Positions 52,345 to 61,446 are shown, numbered from the stretch's first letter. The stretch: 64,000 nt of DNA from an uncultured Enterobacteriaceae bacterium (GCA_964393745.1 CAYMVA010000020.1:2467-66466); one strand, 5' to 3'. Numbers and translations are program-made. The notes: a model not told the origin generated them from the letters alone.

Positions 52345-52441
52345 GGAAGGGGCCTCCCGCGACAGGTAATGCGGCAATGCTAAAGGTGCGGCGGAGTTAG
52401 CGGTTGATTTCAATCAAGGCCGCGTTGGCGCCCGGCGAAGC

Positions 52442-52518
52442 TGGCGCGCCCGGCGGGATTCGAACCCACGACCCTTGGCTTCGGAGGCCAATACTCTGAT
52501 CCGCTGAGCTACGGGCGC
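52442..52518 (-). tRNA. tRNA-Arg (anticodon CCG)
   Basis: Reverse complement: GCGCCCGTAGCTCAGCGGATCAGAGTATTGGCCTCCGAAGCCAAGGGTCGTGGGTTCGAATCCCGCCGGGCGCGCCA. It folds as a cloverleaf with a 7-bp acceptor stem, anticodon loop CTCCGAA, T-loop TTCGAAT and an encoded CCA. Confidence 0.93.
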
Positions 52519-52634
52519 TCGCGTCGGAAGGACGCGAAGGATAGCGGCTTTCGCCTTTCTCGTCCACGACTTTGACGCTAAAATCATGCCCTTACCCGCA
52601 CTCTGGCAAGGACGCGCGCGCGGCGCGCGCAGCC

Positions 52635-53612
52635 ATGAAGATCCTGTTCGTCATCGATCCGCTCGAATCGCTCAAGGCGTATAAGGACACCACCGTCTGC
52701 ATGATGCGCGCCGCGCAGCGCCGCGACCACACCGTGTTCGCCTGCGAGCAGGCGAGCCTCGCCTGGCGCGACGGCGCGGTGAGCGCGGCCGCGACCCGCA
52801 TCGTGCTCACCGACAACGACGAAGACTGGTACCGCCCGCACACCGAGGCGCGTGCGCCGCTCGCCTCCTACGGCGCGGTGATCATGCGCAAGGACCCGCC
52901 GTTCGACCTGGAGTACGTGACCAGCACCTGGCTGCTGTCGCAGGCCGAGCGCGAGGGGGCGCGCGTGTTCAACCAGCCCGGCGCCATTCGCGACCACAAC
53001 GAGAAGCTCGCCATTGCCGAGTTCGCGCGCTTCGTCGCGCCGACGCTGGTGGCGCGCGAGCCCGAGCGCCTGCACGCCTTCGTCGACGAGCACCGCGACG
53101 TGGTGCTGAAGCGGCTCGACGTCATGGGGGGCGAGAACATCTTCCGCGTGCGCGCCGACGACCCGAACCGCAACGTCATCATGGAACTCATGGCGCAGGG
53201 CGGCGCGCGCAGCGTCATGGCGCAGAAGTTCATCCCCGAGATCCGCGACGGCGACAAGCGCATCCTGCTGATCGACGGCAAACCGGTGCCGCACGCCCTG
53301 GCGCGCATCCCCAAGCCCGGCGAGTCGCGCGGCAACCTCGCCGCCGGCGGCCGCGGCGTGGCGCAGCCGCTGAGCGCGCGCGACCGCGAGATCGCGCTGG
53401 CGCTCGGGCCGGCGCTCGCGGCGCGCGGCCTGCTGCTGGTGGGCCTTGACGTGATCGGCGACTGGCTGACCGAGGTCAATGTCACCAGCCCGACCTGCTT
53501 TCGCGAGATCCAGGACCAGTCCGGCTTCGACGTCGCCGGCATGTTCCTCGACGCGTTGGAGGGGAAACTGCAGGGGAAACTGCCGGAAAAACCGCAGGCG
53601 AAGCTCGAATGA
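52635..53612 (+). CDS. gshB: Glutathione synthetase
   Basis: 325 aa from ATG 52635 (MKILFVIDPLESLKAYKDTT...), the prokaryotic GshB ATP-grasp pattern. Confidence 0.92.
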   Translation: MKILFVIDPLESLKAYKDTTVCMMRAAQRRDHTVFACEQASLAWRDGAVSAAATRIVLTDNDEDWYRPHTEARAPLASYGAVIMRKDPPFDLEYVTSTWLLSQAEREGARVFNQPGAIRDHNEKLAIAEFARFVAPTLVAREPERLHAFVDEHRDVVLKRLDVMGGENIFRVRADDPNRNVIMELMAQGGARSVMAQKFIPEIRDGDKRILLIDGKPVPHALARIPKPGESRGNLAAGGRGVAQPLSARDREIALALGPALAARGLLLVGLDVIGDWLTEVNVTSPTCFREIQDQSGFDVAGMFLDALEGKLQGKLPEKPQAKLE

Positions 53613-54016
53613 TCGGCATCCTGATCGTGGCGCACGGCGCCTTCGGCGAAGCGCTCATCCACTCCGCCAGCCACGTGCTCGGCAAGCGCCCGCAGGGCGT
53701 GCGCCAGATCGGGGTCACGGTGCACGACGATCCCGAGGCGATCCTGCCGCAGGCGCTGGACCTGGTGCGGCAGCTCGACCAGGGCGAGGGCGTGCTGGTG
53801 CTCACCGACATGTACGGCGCCACACCCGGCAACATCGCGCTGCGGCTGCTCGCGGCCGGCCGCGTCGAGGGGGTCTCGGGAGTCAACCTGCCGATGCTGA
53901 TCCGCGCCCTCACCTACCGCGAGCAGGGACTCGCCACGGTGCTCGAGAAGGCGCTCTCCGGCGGCACCGAGGGCGTGCTGCACATGGGGTCCGATCGCTG
54001 CAATGCCCAGCGCTGA
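53609..54016 (+). CDS. PTS EIIA component, mannose/fructose family
   Basis: 135 aa starting MIGILIVAHGAFGE (active-site His context). ATGA overlap with gshB. Confidence 0.85.
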   Translation: MIGILIVAHGAFGEALIHSASHVLGKRPQGVRQIGVTVHDDPEAILPQALDLVRQLDQGEGVLVLTDMYGATPGNIALRLLAAGRVEGVSGVNLPMLIRALTYREQGLATVLEKALSGGTEGVLHMGSDRCNAQR

Positions 54017-54272
54017 GGCGCTCATCGTCAACAAGCTCGGCCTGCACGCGCGCGCATCGGCCAAGTTGACGCAATTGGCGAGCGGTTTCAAGAGCGAGGT
54101 CTGGTTGTCGCGCAACGGCCGGCGCGTCAACGCCAAGAGCATCATGGGGGTCATGATGCTGGCCGCGGGCAAGGGCGCCAGCATCACGGTCGAGGCCGAG
54201 GGCGCCGATGCCGAGCAGGCGCTGGCTGCGATCCGCGCCCTGATCGCCAACAAGTTCGACGAGGGCGAATGA
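54003..54272 (+). CDS. ptsH: Phosphocarrier protein HPr
   Basis: 89 aa with LGLHARAS (His15 context). Confidence 0.9.
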   Translation: MPSAEALIVNKLGLHARASAKLTQLASGFKSEVWLSRNGRRVNAKSIMGVMMLAAGKGASITVEAEGADAEQALAAIRALIANKFDEGE

Positions 54273-55996
54273 ACTTCGTGCTGCACGGCGCGGCGGTCTC
54301 GGCCGGCATCACCATAGGCCACGCGCACCTGGTGTCGAGCGCGCGCCTCGAGGTGGCGCACTACGAGATTGCCGAAAGCGCGGTGCAGGCCGAAGTGTTC
54401 CGCTTCGACGCCGCGATCGCGCGCGCCAAGCAGGAGCTGGCCGCGCTCGAAGGGCAGATTCCAGCGAGCTCGCCGGCGGAATTCGGCGCCTTCGTCAACC
54501 TGCACCGCATGATCCTTGAGGATTCCTCTCTATCGCACGTACCGCGGGAACTCATCCGCGAGCGCCGCTGCAACGCCGAGTGGGCGCTGGTGCAGCAGAT
54601 GGAGACCCTGGTCGAGCAGTTCGAGAAGTTCGACGACCCGTATCTGAGGGAACGGCACCAGGATATCCAGCAGGTGGTCGAGCGCGTGCTGAAGGCGCTG
54701 CTCGGCGGGCAGCCGGCGCCGGAGCCGACAGCCGACGCGGAGAAGAACCTGATCGTGGTGGCGCACGACCTGTCGCCCGCCGACATGCTGCTGTTCAAGC
54801 GCCACCAGTTCGGCGGCTTCGTCACCGACGTCGGCGGCGTCACCTCGCACACCGCGATCGTCGCCCGCAGCCTCAACATCCCGGCGCTGGTCGGGCTGCA
54901 CCACGCGCGCCAGATGGTCCGCGAGAACGACCTGCTGATCGTGGACGGCATGCAGGGCGTGCTGGTGGTGGACCCCGATCCGCTGGTGCTCGCCGAGTAC
55001 CGCCTGCGCCAGTCGCAGCACGAGCTGGAGCGCCAGAAGCTCAAGCGCCTGCGCAGCACGCCCTCGGCGACGCTCGACGGCACGCCGATCGAGTTGTTCG
55101 CCAACATCGAGCTGCCGCAGGACGCGGCCAAGGTGCTGGAATCGGGGGCGCAGGGCATCGGCCTGTTCCGCACCGAGTTCCTGTTCATGAACCGCAAGGA
55201 CCTGCCCTCCGAGGACGAGCAGTTCGAGGCCTACCGCGAGGTGGCGCGCGCCCTGGACAACCGGCCGGTGGTGATCCGCACGCTGGATGTCGGCGCCGAC
55301 AAGGCGATCGAGGCCGGCCAGCACGCCACCATGCCCAACCCGGCGATGGGGCTGCGCGCGATTCGCTTCTGCCTCGCCGAGCCGCAGCTGTTCCTCACCC
55401 AGCTGCGCGCGGTGCTGCGCGCCTCGCACTACGGCCGGGTGCGGATCCTGCTGCCGATGCTGGCGCACGCGCACGAGATCGAGCAGTCGCTCGCGCTGCT
55501 CAAGCAGGCCAGGCAGCAGCTGGACGAGCGCGGCATCCCGTACAACGCCACGGTGCAGGTCGGCGGCATGATCGAGATCCCCGCCGCCGCGCTCGCGCTG
55601 CCGATGTTCATGCGGCGGCTGGATTTCCTGTCGCTCGGCACCAACGACCTGATCCAGTACACGCTCGCCATCGACCGCGCCGACGACGCGGTGGCGCATC
55701 TGTACGACCCGCTGCACCCGGCGGTGCTGCACCTGATCGCGCACACCATCCAGACCGCGACCCGCGGCGGCGTGCCGGTGGCGGTGTGCGGCGAGATGGC
55801 GGGCGAGACAACCCTGACCAGGCTGCTGCTCGGCTTCGGGCTGCGCAATTTCTCGATGCACCCGGCGCAACTGCTGGCGGTCAAGGAGCGCGTGCTGCGC
55901 ACCGACCTCGCCCAGGCGCGGCCGCTCGCGCAGCGCGTGCTGCGCCAGGTCGACCCGGCCAAGACGCGCGAGCTGCTGGCGAAGCTGAACGCGTAA
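54269..55996 (+). CDS. ptsI: Phosphoenolpyruvate-protein phosphotransferase (Enzyme I)
   Basis: 575 aa with GGVTSHTAIVARS (phospho-His) and a PEP-utilising C-terminal domain (FLSLGTNDL, CGEMAG). Confidence 0.93.
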   Translation: MNFVLHGAAVSAGITIGHAHLVSSARLEVAHYEIAESAVQAEVFRFDAAIARAKQELAALEGQIPASSPAEFGAFVNLHRMILEDSSLSHVPRELIRERRCNAEWALVQQMETLVEQFEKFDDPYLRERHQDIQQVVERVLKALLGGQPAPEPTADAEKNLIVVAHDLSPADMLLFKRHQFGGFVTDVGGVTSHTAIVARSLNIPALVGLHHARQMVRENDLLIVDGMQGVLVVDPDPLVLAEYRLRQSQHELERQKLKRLRSTPSATLDGTPIELFANIELPQDAAKVLESGAQGIGLFRTEFLFMNRKDLPSEDEQFEAYREVARALDNRPVVIRTLDVGADKAIEAGQHATMPNPAMGLRAIRFCLAEPQLFLTQLRAVLRASHYGRVRILLPMLAHAHEIEQSLALLKQARQQLDERGIPYNATVQVGGMIEIPAAALALPMFMRRLDFLSLGTNDLIQYTLAIDRADDAVAHLYDPLHPAVLHLIAHTIQTATRGGVPVAVCGEMAGETTLTRLLLGFGLRNFSMHPAQLLAVKERVLRTDLAQARPLAQRVLRQVDPAKTRELLAKLNA

Positions 55997-56006
55997 AGGG
56001 CTCTGA

Positions 56007-57212
56007 ATGGCCGGACCGCTAGACGGCGTGCGCGTGCTCGACCTCACCACGGTGGTGATGGGGCCGTATGCGACGCAGATTCTGGCCGACTTCGGCGCCG
56101 ACGTGGTGAAGCTCGAGCCGCCCGAGGGCGACATCATGCGCCACAACAAGCCCTTCCGGCACGCTGCTATGGGGCACATCTTCCTCAACGCCAACCGCAA
56201 CAAGCGCTCGATCGTGCTCGATCTCAAGCAGCCGGCGGCGCGCGAAGCCTGCTTAGCCATCGCCAAGGGTGCGGACGTGATGGTCTACAACATCCGCCCG
56301 CAGGCGATGGCGCGCCTGAAGCTCTCCTACGAGGAGGTGCGCGCGGTGAATCCCCGCATCCTCTACGTCGGCGCGTTCGGCTATTCGCAGCGCGGGCCGT
56401 ACGCCGCCAAAGCCGCCTACGACGACCTGATCCAGGGCGCGGCGGGCCTGCCATGGCTGCTGAAGGAAGCAGGCGCAGAGAGCCCGCGCTATGCACCGGC
56501 GACGATTGCCGACCGCTCGGTCGGCTTGCACGTCGTGAACGCGGTGTGCGCGGCGCTATACCGGCGCGAGAAAACCGGCCAAGGCCAACGCGTGGACGTG
56601 CCGATGTTCGAGAGCCTGCTGCAGACGGTGCTTGGCGAGCACATGGGCGGCTACACCTTCGAGCCGGAGCCCGGCGAAATGCGCGCCGACCTAGGCTACG
56701 CGAGGATGCTCGCCAAGGAACGCCGGCCTTACGAGACCAGGGACGGCTACGTCTGTGTGCTGGTGTACAACGATAAACAGTGGCGCGCGTTCTTCGAGCT
56801 GATCGGAAGGCCCGATCTGCTTTCGGACCCGCACTTCGCCACCCAGGCCGCGCGCAGCCAGCATTTCGACGAAGCCTACGCGCTGGTCGCGCAAGCCATG
56901 AAGACCCGCACCACCGACAAATGGATTGCGGCGCTCGAGGGCGCCGACATCCCGGTGCAGCGCATGAACACGCTCAGAGACATCGTCGAGGACCCGCACC
57001 TCGCCGCGATCGGCTACTTCAAGAGCGTCGAGCATCCGAGCGAAGGGCGCATCAAGTCGATGGCGGTGCCCTCGGAGTGGTCGGAGTCTAGACCTGAGTA
57101 CCGGCGCCACGCGCCGCGCCTGGGCGAGCACACGCGCGAGGTGCTGCGCGAAGCCGGGCTGGCTGAAGCAGCGATCGAAGGCTTGATCGCGAGCGGCGCG
57201 GCTCGGATATAA
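56007..57212 (+). CDS. Family III CoA-transferase (CaiB/BaiF)
   Basis: 401 aa starting LDGVRVLDLTTVVMGPYATQILADFGADVVKLEPP. Confidence 0.88.
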   Translation: MAGPLDGVRVLDLTTVVMGPYATQILADFGADVVKLEPPEGDIMRHNKPFRHAAMGHIFLNANRNKRSIVLDLKQPAAREACLAIAKGADVMVYNIRPQAMARLKLSYEEVRAVNPRILYVGAFGYSQRGPYAAKAAYDDLIQGAAGLPWLLKEAGAESPRYAPATIADRSVGLHVVNAVCAALYRREKTGQGQRVDVPMFESLLQTVLGEHMGGYTFEPEPGEMRADLGYARMLAKERRPYETRDGYVCVLVYNDKQWRAFFELIGRPDLLSDPHFATQAARSQHFDEAYALVAQAMKTRTTDKWIAALEGADIPVQRMNTLRDIVEDPHLAAIGYFKSVEHPSEGRIKSMAVPSEWSESRPEYRRHAPRLGEHTREVLREAGLAEAAIEGLIASGAARI

Positions 57213-57213
57213 T
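57183..57213 (+). promoter_or_regulatory. Candidate sigma70 promoter for the metX leader (TTGATC - 19 nt - TATAAT)
   Basis: Perfect TATAAT at 57208-57213, 7 nt upstream of the first leader stem. The -35 is weaker and the spacer is long. Confidence 0.4.
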
Positions 57214-57220
57214 CGCGCCA

Positions 57221-57272
57221 GCGCCGATTTGATGTTCAGCTTGCGGGCGCTCTACAAATACCGCTAAAGAGA
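57221..57272 (+). promoter_or_regulatory. Candidate SAM-II-like riboswitch (H-type pseudoknot) in the metX leader
   Basis: Stem GCGCC (57221-25)/GGCGC (57246-50) encloses the loop GAUUUGAUGUUCAGCUUGCG. The 3' tail CAAAUACCGCUAAAGA can pair (CAAAU with GAUUUG) into the loop. The blocks CGAUUUG, AGCUUGC and GCUAAAGA resemble my memory of the SAM-II (metA motif) consensus. Confidence 0.5.
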
Positions 57273-57281
57273 CGGCATACC

Positions 57282-57320
57282 AACCCGTTCTCGCGCAAGC
57301 CGGACGGGTTTTTCGTTTTC
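57282..57320 (+). terminator. Leader terminator/attenuator hairpin AACCCGT-N15-ACGGGTT followed by a T-run
   Basis: AACCCGTTCTCGCGCAAGCCGGACGGGTTTTTCGTTTTC lies 12 nt before the metX start. Confidence 0.65.
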
Positions 57321-57331
57321 TGGGAGCAGCA

Positions 57332-58471
57332 GTGAACGCACCGCAGGACGCGCGCTCGGTCGGCAACGTGGTGGCACGCAAGGCGCACTTCGATGTGCCG
57401 CTCACGCTCAAAGGCGGCGGCACGCTGCCGCAGTTCGACATTGCCTACGAGACTTACGGCGAGCTGAACGCGGCGCGCTCCAACGCCGTGCTGGTATGCC
57501 ACGCGCTCAACGCCTCGCATCACGTCGCCGGCACCTACGCCGGCGATCCCGACAACGTCGGCTGGTGGGACAACATGGTCGGCCCGGGCAAGCCGCTCGA
57601 CAGCAACCGCTTTTTCGTCGTCGGCAACAACTACATCGGCTCTTGCTTCGGCTCCACCGGCCCGGCCTCGGTGAACCCGGCGACCGGCAAGCCCTGGGGG
57701 GCGGACTTTCCGGTGATCACGATCGAAGACTGGGTGGCAGCGCAGGCGCGGCTTGCCGACCACCTCGGCATCGAGCGCTTCGCCGCGGTGATGGGCGGCA
57801 GCCTCGGCGCGATGCAGGCGCTGCAATGGACGCTGTCCTACCCAGAGCGGGTGCGCCACGCCATCGTGATCGCGGCGACGCCGCGGCTCTCGGCGCAGAA
57901 CATCGCCTTCAACGAGGTGGCGCGCCAGGCGATCCTGACCGACCCCGATTTCCACGGCGGGCACTATTACGAGAAAGGCGTGGTGCCGGTGCGGGGCTTG
58001 CGCATCGCGCGCATGATCGGGCACATCACCTATCTGTCGGACGACGCCATGATGGAGAAGTTCGGCCGCGTGCTGCGCGGCAAGGACACGCCCGGCTTCG
58101 GCTTCGAGGTCGATTTCGAGATCGAGAGCTACCTCAGGCACCAGGGCGACAAGTTCTCTACCTACTTCGACGCCAACACCTACCTGCGCATCACCAAGGC
58201 GCTCGACTACTACGACCCGGCGGCGGAGTACGGCGGCGACCTGTCGGCGGCGTTCGCGCGCGCGCGGGCCAACTTCCTGGTGGTGTCGTTCACCTCCGAC
58301 TGGCGCTTCTCATCGGCGCGCTCGCGCGAGATCGTAAGAGCGCTGCTCGACAACCGGCGCATCCTCTCCTACCTGGAGATCGACGCGCCGCAGGGGCACG
58401 ACGCCTTCCTCATGGACGACGCGCGCTACTTCGGCGCGCTGCGCGCCTACTTCGGCAACATCACGCTGTGA
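57332..58471 (+). CDS. metX: Homoserine O-acyltransferase (MetX; acetyl- or succinyl-transferring)
   Basis: 379 aa from a GTG start, with nucleophile context GGSLGAMQA and typical MetX blocks ([16 protein letters not shown]). Confidence 0.92.
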   Translation: MNAPQDARSVGNVVARKAHFDVPLTLKGGGTLPQFDIAYETYGELNAARSNAVLVCHALNASHHVAGTYAGDPDNVGWWDNMVGPGKPLDSNRFFVVGNNYIGSCFGSTGPASVNPATGKPWGADFPVITIEDWVAAQARLADHLGIERFAAVMGGSLGAMQALQWTLSYPERVRHAIVIAATPRLSAQNIAFNEVARQAILTDPDFHGGHYYEKGVVPVRGLRIARMIGHITYLSDDAMMEKFGRVLRGKDTPGFGFEVDFEIESYLRHQGDKFSTYFDANTYLRITKALDYYDPAAEYGGDLSAAFARARANFLVVSFTSDWRFSSARSREIVRALLDNRRILSYLEIDAPQGHDAFLMDDARYFGALRAYFGNITL

Positions 58472-59067
58472 CCGAAAGCGAATACATCGCGCAGTGGGTG
58501 GCGCCGGGGGCGCGGGTGCTGGACCTGGGCTGCGGCGACGGCACGCTGCTGAAGTACCTCTGGGACCAGCGCCAGGCGCCCGGCTACGGCGTCGAGATTG
58601 ACGACGCGCACGTGCTCGAGTGCATCCGCAACGACGTCAACGTGCTGCAGATGAACCTGGAGAGCGGCCTGTCGGCGTTCCGCGACGGCTCGTTCGACTG
58701 CGTGGTCCTCTCGGAGACGCTGCAGGCGATCCACCACCAGGAGGCGCTGCTCAAGGAGATGCTGCGCGTAGGGCGCGAGGCGATCGTCTCGTTCCCGAAT
58801 TTCGGCTACTGGCGGGCGCGGATCCAAATCGCGCTCGCCGGCCACATGCCGGTGTCGAAGGAGCTGCCCTACCAGTGGTACGACACGCCCAACGTGCACC
58901 ACTGCACGCTGGTGGACTTCGAGGACCTGTGCGCCAAGCTCGGCATCCGCATCCTCGAGCGCAGGGTGCTGCACGACGGCGAGCCGGTCAGCGTGCTGCC
59001 GAACCTACTGGGGGCCATCGCCATGTACCGCTGCACCAAGGAGGGGAGCGGTGCGGGCAAAGTGTAA
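58468..59067 (+). CDS. metW: Methionine biosynthesis protein MetW
   Basis: 199 aa from GTG 58468 (overlaps the metX stop), with [12 protein letters not shown] and [12 protein letters not shown]. Confidence 0.9.
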   Translation: MTESEYIAQWVAPGARVLDLGCGDGTLLKYLWDQRQAPGYGVEIDDAHVLECIRNDVNVLQMNLESGLSAFRDGSFDCVVLSETLQAIHHQEALLKEMLRVGREAIVSFPNFGYWRARIQIALAGHMPVSKELPYQWYDTPNVHHCTLVDFEDLCAKLGIRILERRVLHDGEPVSVLPNLLGAIAMYRCTKEGSGAGKV

Positions 59068-59089
59068 AGTCTGACTTTACACTTTGCCC
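59055..59089. repeat. AT-rich perfect palindrome, family copy 4 (GGGCAAAGTGTAAAGTCTGACTTTACACTTTGCCC)
   Basis: 15-bp arms with a 5-nt loop. The TAA stops of metW (59065-67) and ampG (59077-79) lie inside the two arms, and both proteins end ...GKV. Confidence 0.92.
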
Positions 59090-60306
59090 TGGTCGAGCGC
59101 GTCGATGCGCGGCCGCAGCCAAGCGAGCAGCGCTAGCCCGGGGAGCGCGATCAAGAAGGTGAAGAAAAAGAACGCCTGCCAGCCCAGGCCCTCGACCAGA
59201 TAACCCGCCACCGGCCCGACGTAGACGCGCCCCACCGCGGAGAGCGCTGAGAGCAGCGCGTACTGCGTCGCCGAAAAGCGCCGGTCGCACAGCGCCATCA
59301 GCAGCGCGACGTAGGCCGCGGTGCCCATGCCGCCGCACAGGTTCTCCAGGCCGATCACCGCCACCATGAGCGCGTAGCTCTTGCCCGCCGCGGCGAGCGC
59401 CATGAAGCCGAGGTTGGTGATCGCCTGCAGGACGCCAAACAGGAGCAGCGCGCGGTAAAGGCGCATCTTCGCCATCAGCGCGCCGCCGGCGAGCGCGCCG
59501 ACGATGGTGGCGACGAGGCCGAAGCCCTTGTTGATGCCGCCCACTTCGGTGAGCGAGAACCCCGGCCCGCGCAAGAGGAACGCAGTGGTGAGGTTTCCGG
59601 CGAACGCATCGCCCAGCTTGTAGAGGACGACGAGCAGCAGCAGCGCCACTGCGCCTTCGCGCGACATGAACTCGGCGAACGGCTTCGCCACCGCTTCCTC
59701 GAGCGTCTTCGGCGCCGCCTGCGCGCCTTCGGGCTCGATCGCAAACCAGGCGGCGATCATGCCCACGCCCATCAGCGCCGCCATCAGCCAGTAGGTCGCT
59801 TGCCAGCCGAGCCACTGGTCGGCGAGGATCAGCGCGCCAGCGCCGGAGACCAGCATCGCCAGCCGGTATCCGAGCACCGAGACCGCGGCGCCGGCGCCAC
59901 GCTCCTCGCGCGCGAGCCAATCGGTGCGCAGGGCGTCGAACACGATGTCCTGCGAAGCGGACAGGAACGCCACTGCCAGCGCTGCGGCACCGAGCAGCCA
60001 CGGCGAATCCTTCGGCGACAGCGTGCCCATGTACATGATCGCGCCGGCGAGCGCGATCTGTGTCAGCAGCAGCCAGCCGCGGCGCCGGCCGAGGAACGGC
60101 GGCGTGTAGCGGTCCATGAGGGGCGACCAGATGAACTTCCAGGTGTAGGGCTGGCCGACGAGCGCGAACCAGCCGATGGCGACGATATCCACGTGCTCGG
60201 CAGCGAGCCACGCCTGCAGCGTGCCGGCGGTGAGGGCGAGCGGCAGCCCGGAGGCGAAGCCCAGCAGCAGCAAGAGGAAGATCTTGCGGCTGCGGAACAC
60301 CGCCAT
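59077..60306 (-). CDS. ampG: Muropeptide permease AmpG (MFS)
   Basis: 409 aa from ATG 60306 (MAVFRSRKIFLLLLLGFASGLPLALTAGTLQAWL...). Strong similarity to E. coli AmpG blocks (WSPLMDRYTPPFLGRRRGWLL, SASQDIVFDA). Confidence 0.92.
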   Translation of the reverse strand: MAVFRSRKIFLLLLLGFASGLPLALTAGTLQAWLAAEHVDIVAIGWFALVGQPYTWKFIWSPLMDRYTPPFLGRRRGWLLLTQIALAGAIMYMGTLSPKDSPWLLGAAALAVAFLSASQDIVFDALRTDWLAREERGAGAAVSVLGYRLAMLVSGAGALILADQWLGWQATYWLMAALMGVGMIAAWFAIEPEGAQAAPKTLEEAVAKPFAEFMSREGAVALLLLVVLYKLGDAFAGNLTTAFLLRGPGFSLTEVGGINKGFGLVATIVGALAGGALMAKMRLYRALLLFGVLQAITNLGFMALAAAGKSYALMVAVIGLENLCGGMGTAAYVALLMALCDRRFSATQYALLSALSAVGRVYVGPVAGYLVEGLGWQAFFFFTFLIALPGLALLAWLRPRIDALDQGKV

Positions 60307-60415
60307 GTAGGCTGAACCAGGCACGCGCGCTGCAGTGTAAACGGTTGCCACGCGCGGCAAAACTCGGTAGCCTCAGCGTGTTTCTTCCGCAACGTCCCGC
60401 AACCTCAGGCAAGCC

Positions 60416-60727
60416 ATGAACACCACCTCCGAAGTTAACACGCAAAAACTCGTCGCCGACCTGAAAGTCGTGGTCGCCGACGCCGAAGAACTGCTGCGCG
60501 CCACCGCCGGCCAGGCGGGCGAGAAGATCGCCGTGGCGCGCGAGCGCATCCAGGCCTCGCTGGCCGCGTCGCGCATCAAGCTGAGCGATACCGAGCGCGC
60601 GCTCCTCGAGCGCTCCAAGCAGGCCGCGCACGCCACCGACGAATTCGTGCACGATCAACCGTGGAAAGCGGTCGGTGTCGCCGTGGGGATCGGCCTGCTC
60701 ATCGGCCTGCTGATCGGCCGCCGCTAG
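60416..60727 (+). CDS. ElaB/YqjD/DUF883-family membrane-anchored protein
   Basis: 103 aa with a helical N-terminal part, PWKAVGVAVGIGLLIGLLI as the C-terminal TM anchor, and an RR tail. Confidence 0.85.
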   Translation: MNTTSEVNTQKLVADLKVVVADAEELLRATAGQAGEKIAVARERIQASLAASRIKLSDTERALLERSKQAAHATDEFVHDQPWKAVGVAVGIGLLIGLLIGRR

Positions 60728-60762
60728 CTCCGCGCCCGCGCGCTGGCGGGCAGGAGAAACGC

Positions 60763-61122
60763 ATGCCCGGCCTGGTGAGGGAGTTCGCGCGCTCGCTGCT
60801 GTCGTTCGCCGAGACGCGCGCGCGCATCGCCGCCAACGAGCTCGAGGAGCAGTTCGCCCGCGTCTTCGAGATCGGGGTCTGGGCGGTCGCCTCGGCGGTG
60901 CTGCTGGTGCTCGCGGTGGTGATGGCCTCGGTCTGCATCGTGCTTGCGCTGTGGGACACGCACCGCGTGCTCGCCGCCGGTCTGCTTACCGCCCTTTATC
61001 TCGTGACCGGCATTGCCGCGGCGCTGATTGCGCGCGCGCGCATGAAAGAGCGGCCCAAGTTCCTCGCCGCCACGCTCGAGGAGCTGGCCAAGGACCGCGA
61101 GCAGATGGCGAAGAAGCGCTGA
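60763..61122 (+). CDS. YqjE-like (DUF1469) membrane protein
   Basis: 119 aa from ATG 60763 (AGGAGA Shine-Dalgarno). Pattern ETRARIAANELEEQ followed by 2 TM helices, as in E. coli YqjE. Confidence 0.75.
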   Translation: MPGLVREFARSLLSFAETRARIAANELEEQFARVFEIGVWAVASAVLLVLAVVMASVCIVLALWDTHRVLAAGLLTALYLVTGIAAALIARARMKERPKFLAATLEELAKDREQMAKKR

Positions 61123-61445
61123 TGCGTTCGCGACTGATCGAGTTGCGCGAGCGGCGCGCCCATTTGTGCGAGAGCGCGGCGCGCGAGCGCGCGGCGCTCG
61201 ATCAATGGGTGGCACGCGCCGAAGTGCTCGAAGGCTGGGCCGACCAGGGCACCGCCGCCCTGCAATGGCTGGGCCGGCGGCCGCTGTGGGTCGCAGCAGC
61301 AGCGGCGCTCGCGCTGGCGTTGCGCCCGCGGCGCGCGCTCGGCTGGCTGTCGAAAGGCCTCACGCTGTGGCAGTTGTGGCGGCAGGCGCGCGCCGTGTGG
61401 CGGCGCCTCGCACCCATGCTTGCCGAGCCGAAGCGCGCGCCCTGA
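61122..61445 (+). CDS. YqjK-like protein
   Basis: 107 aa from ATG 61122 (TGATG overlap). Coiled N-terminus followed by 1 TM helix, resembling E. coli YqjK. Confidence 0.65.
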   Translation: MRSRLIELRERRAHLCESAARERAALDQWVARAEVLEGWADQGTAALQWLGRRPLWVAAAAALALALRPRRALGWLSKGLTLWQLWRQARAVWRRLAPMLAEPKRAP

Positions 61446-61446
61446 A

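Noticed and set aside
58988-60658. 556-aa minus-strand ORF overlapping ampG
   Set aside because: It is an alternative frame of ampG and Arg/Ala-rich. The 59077-60306 frame matches AmpG block for block.
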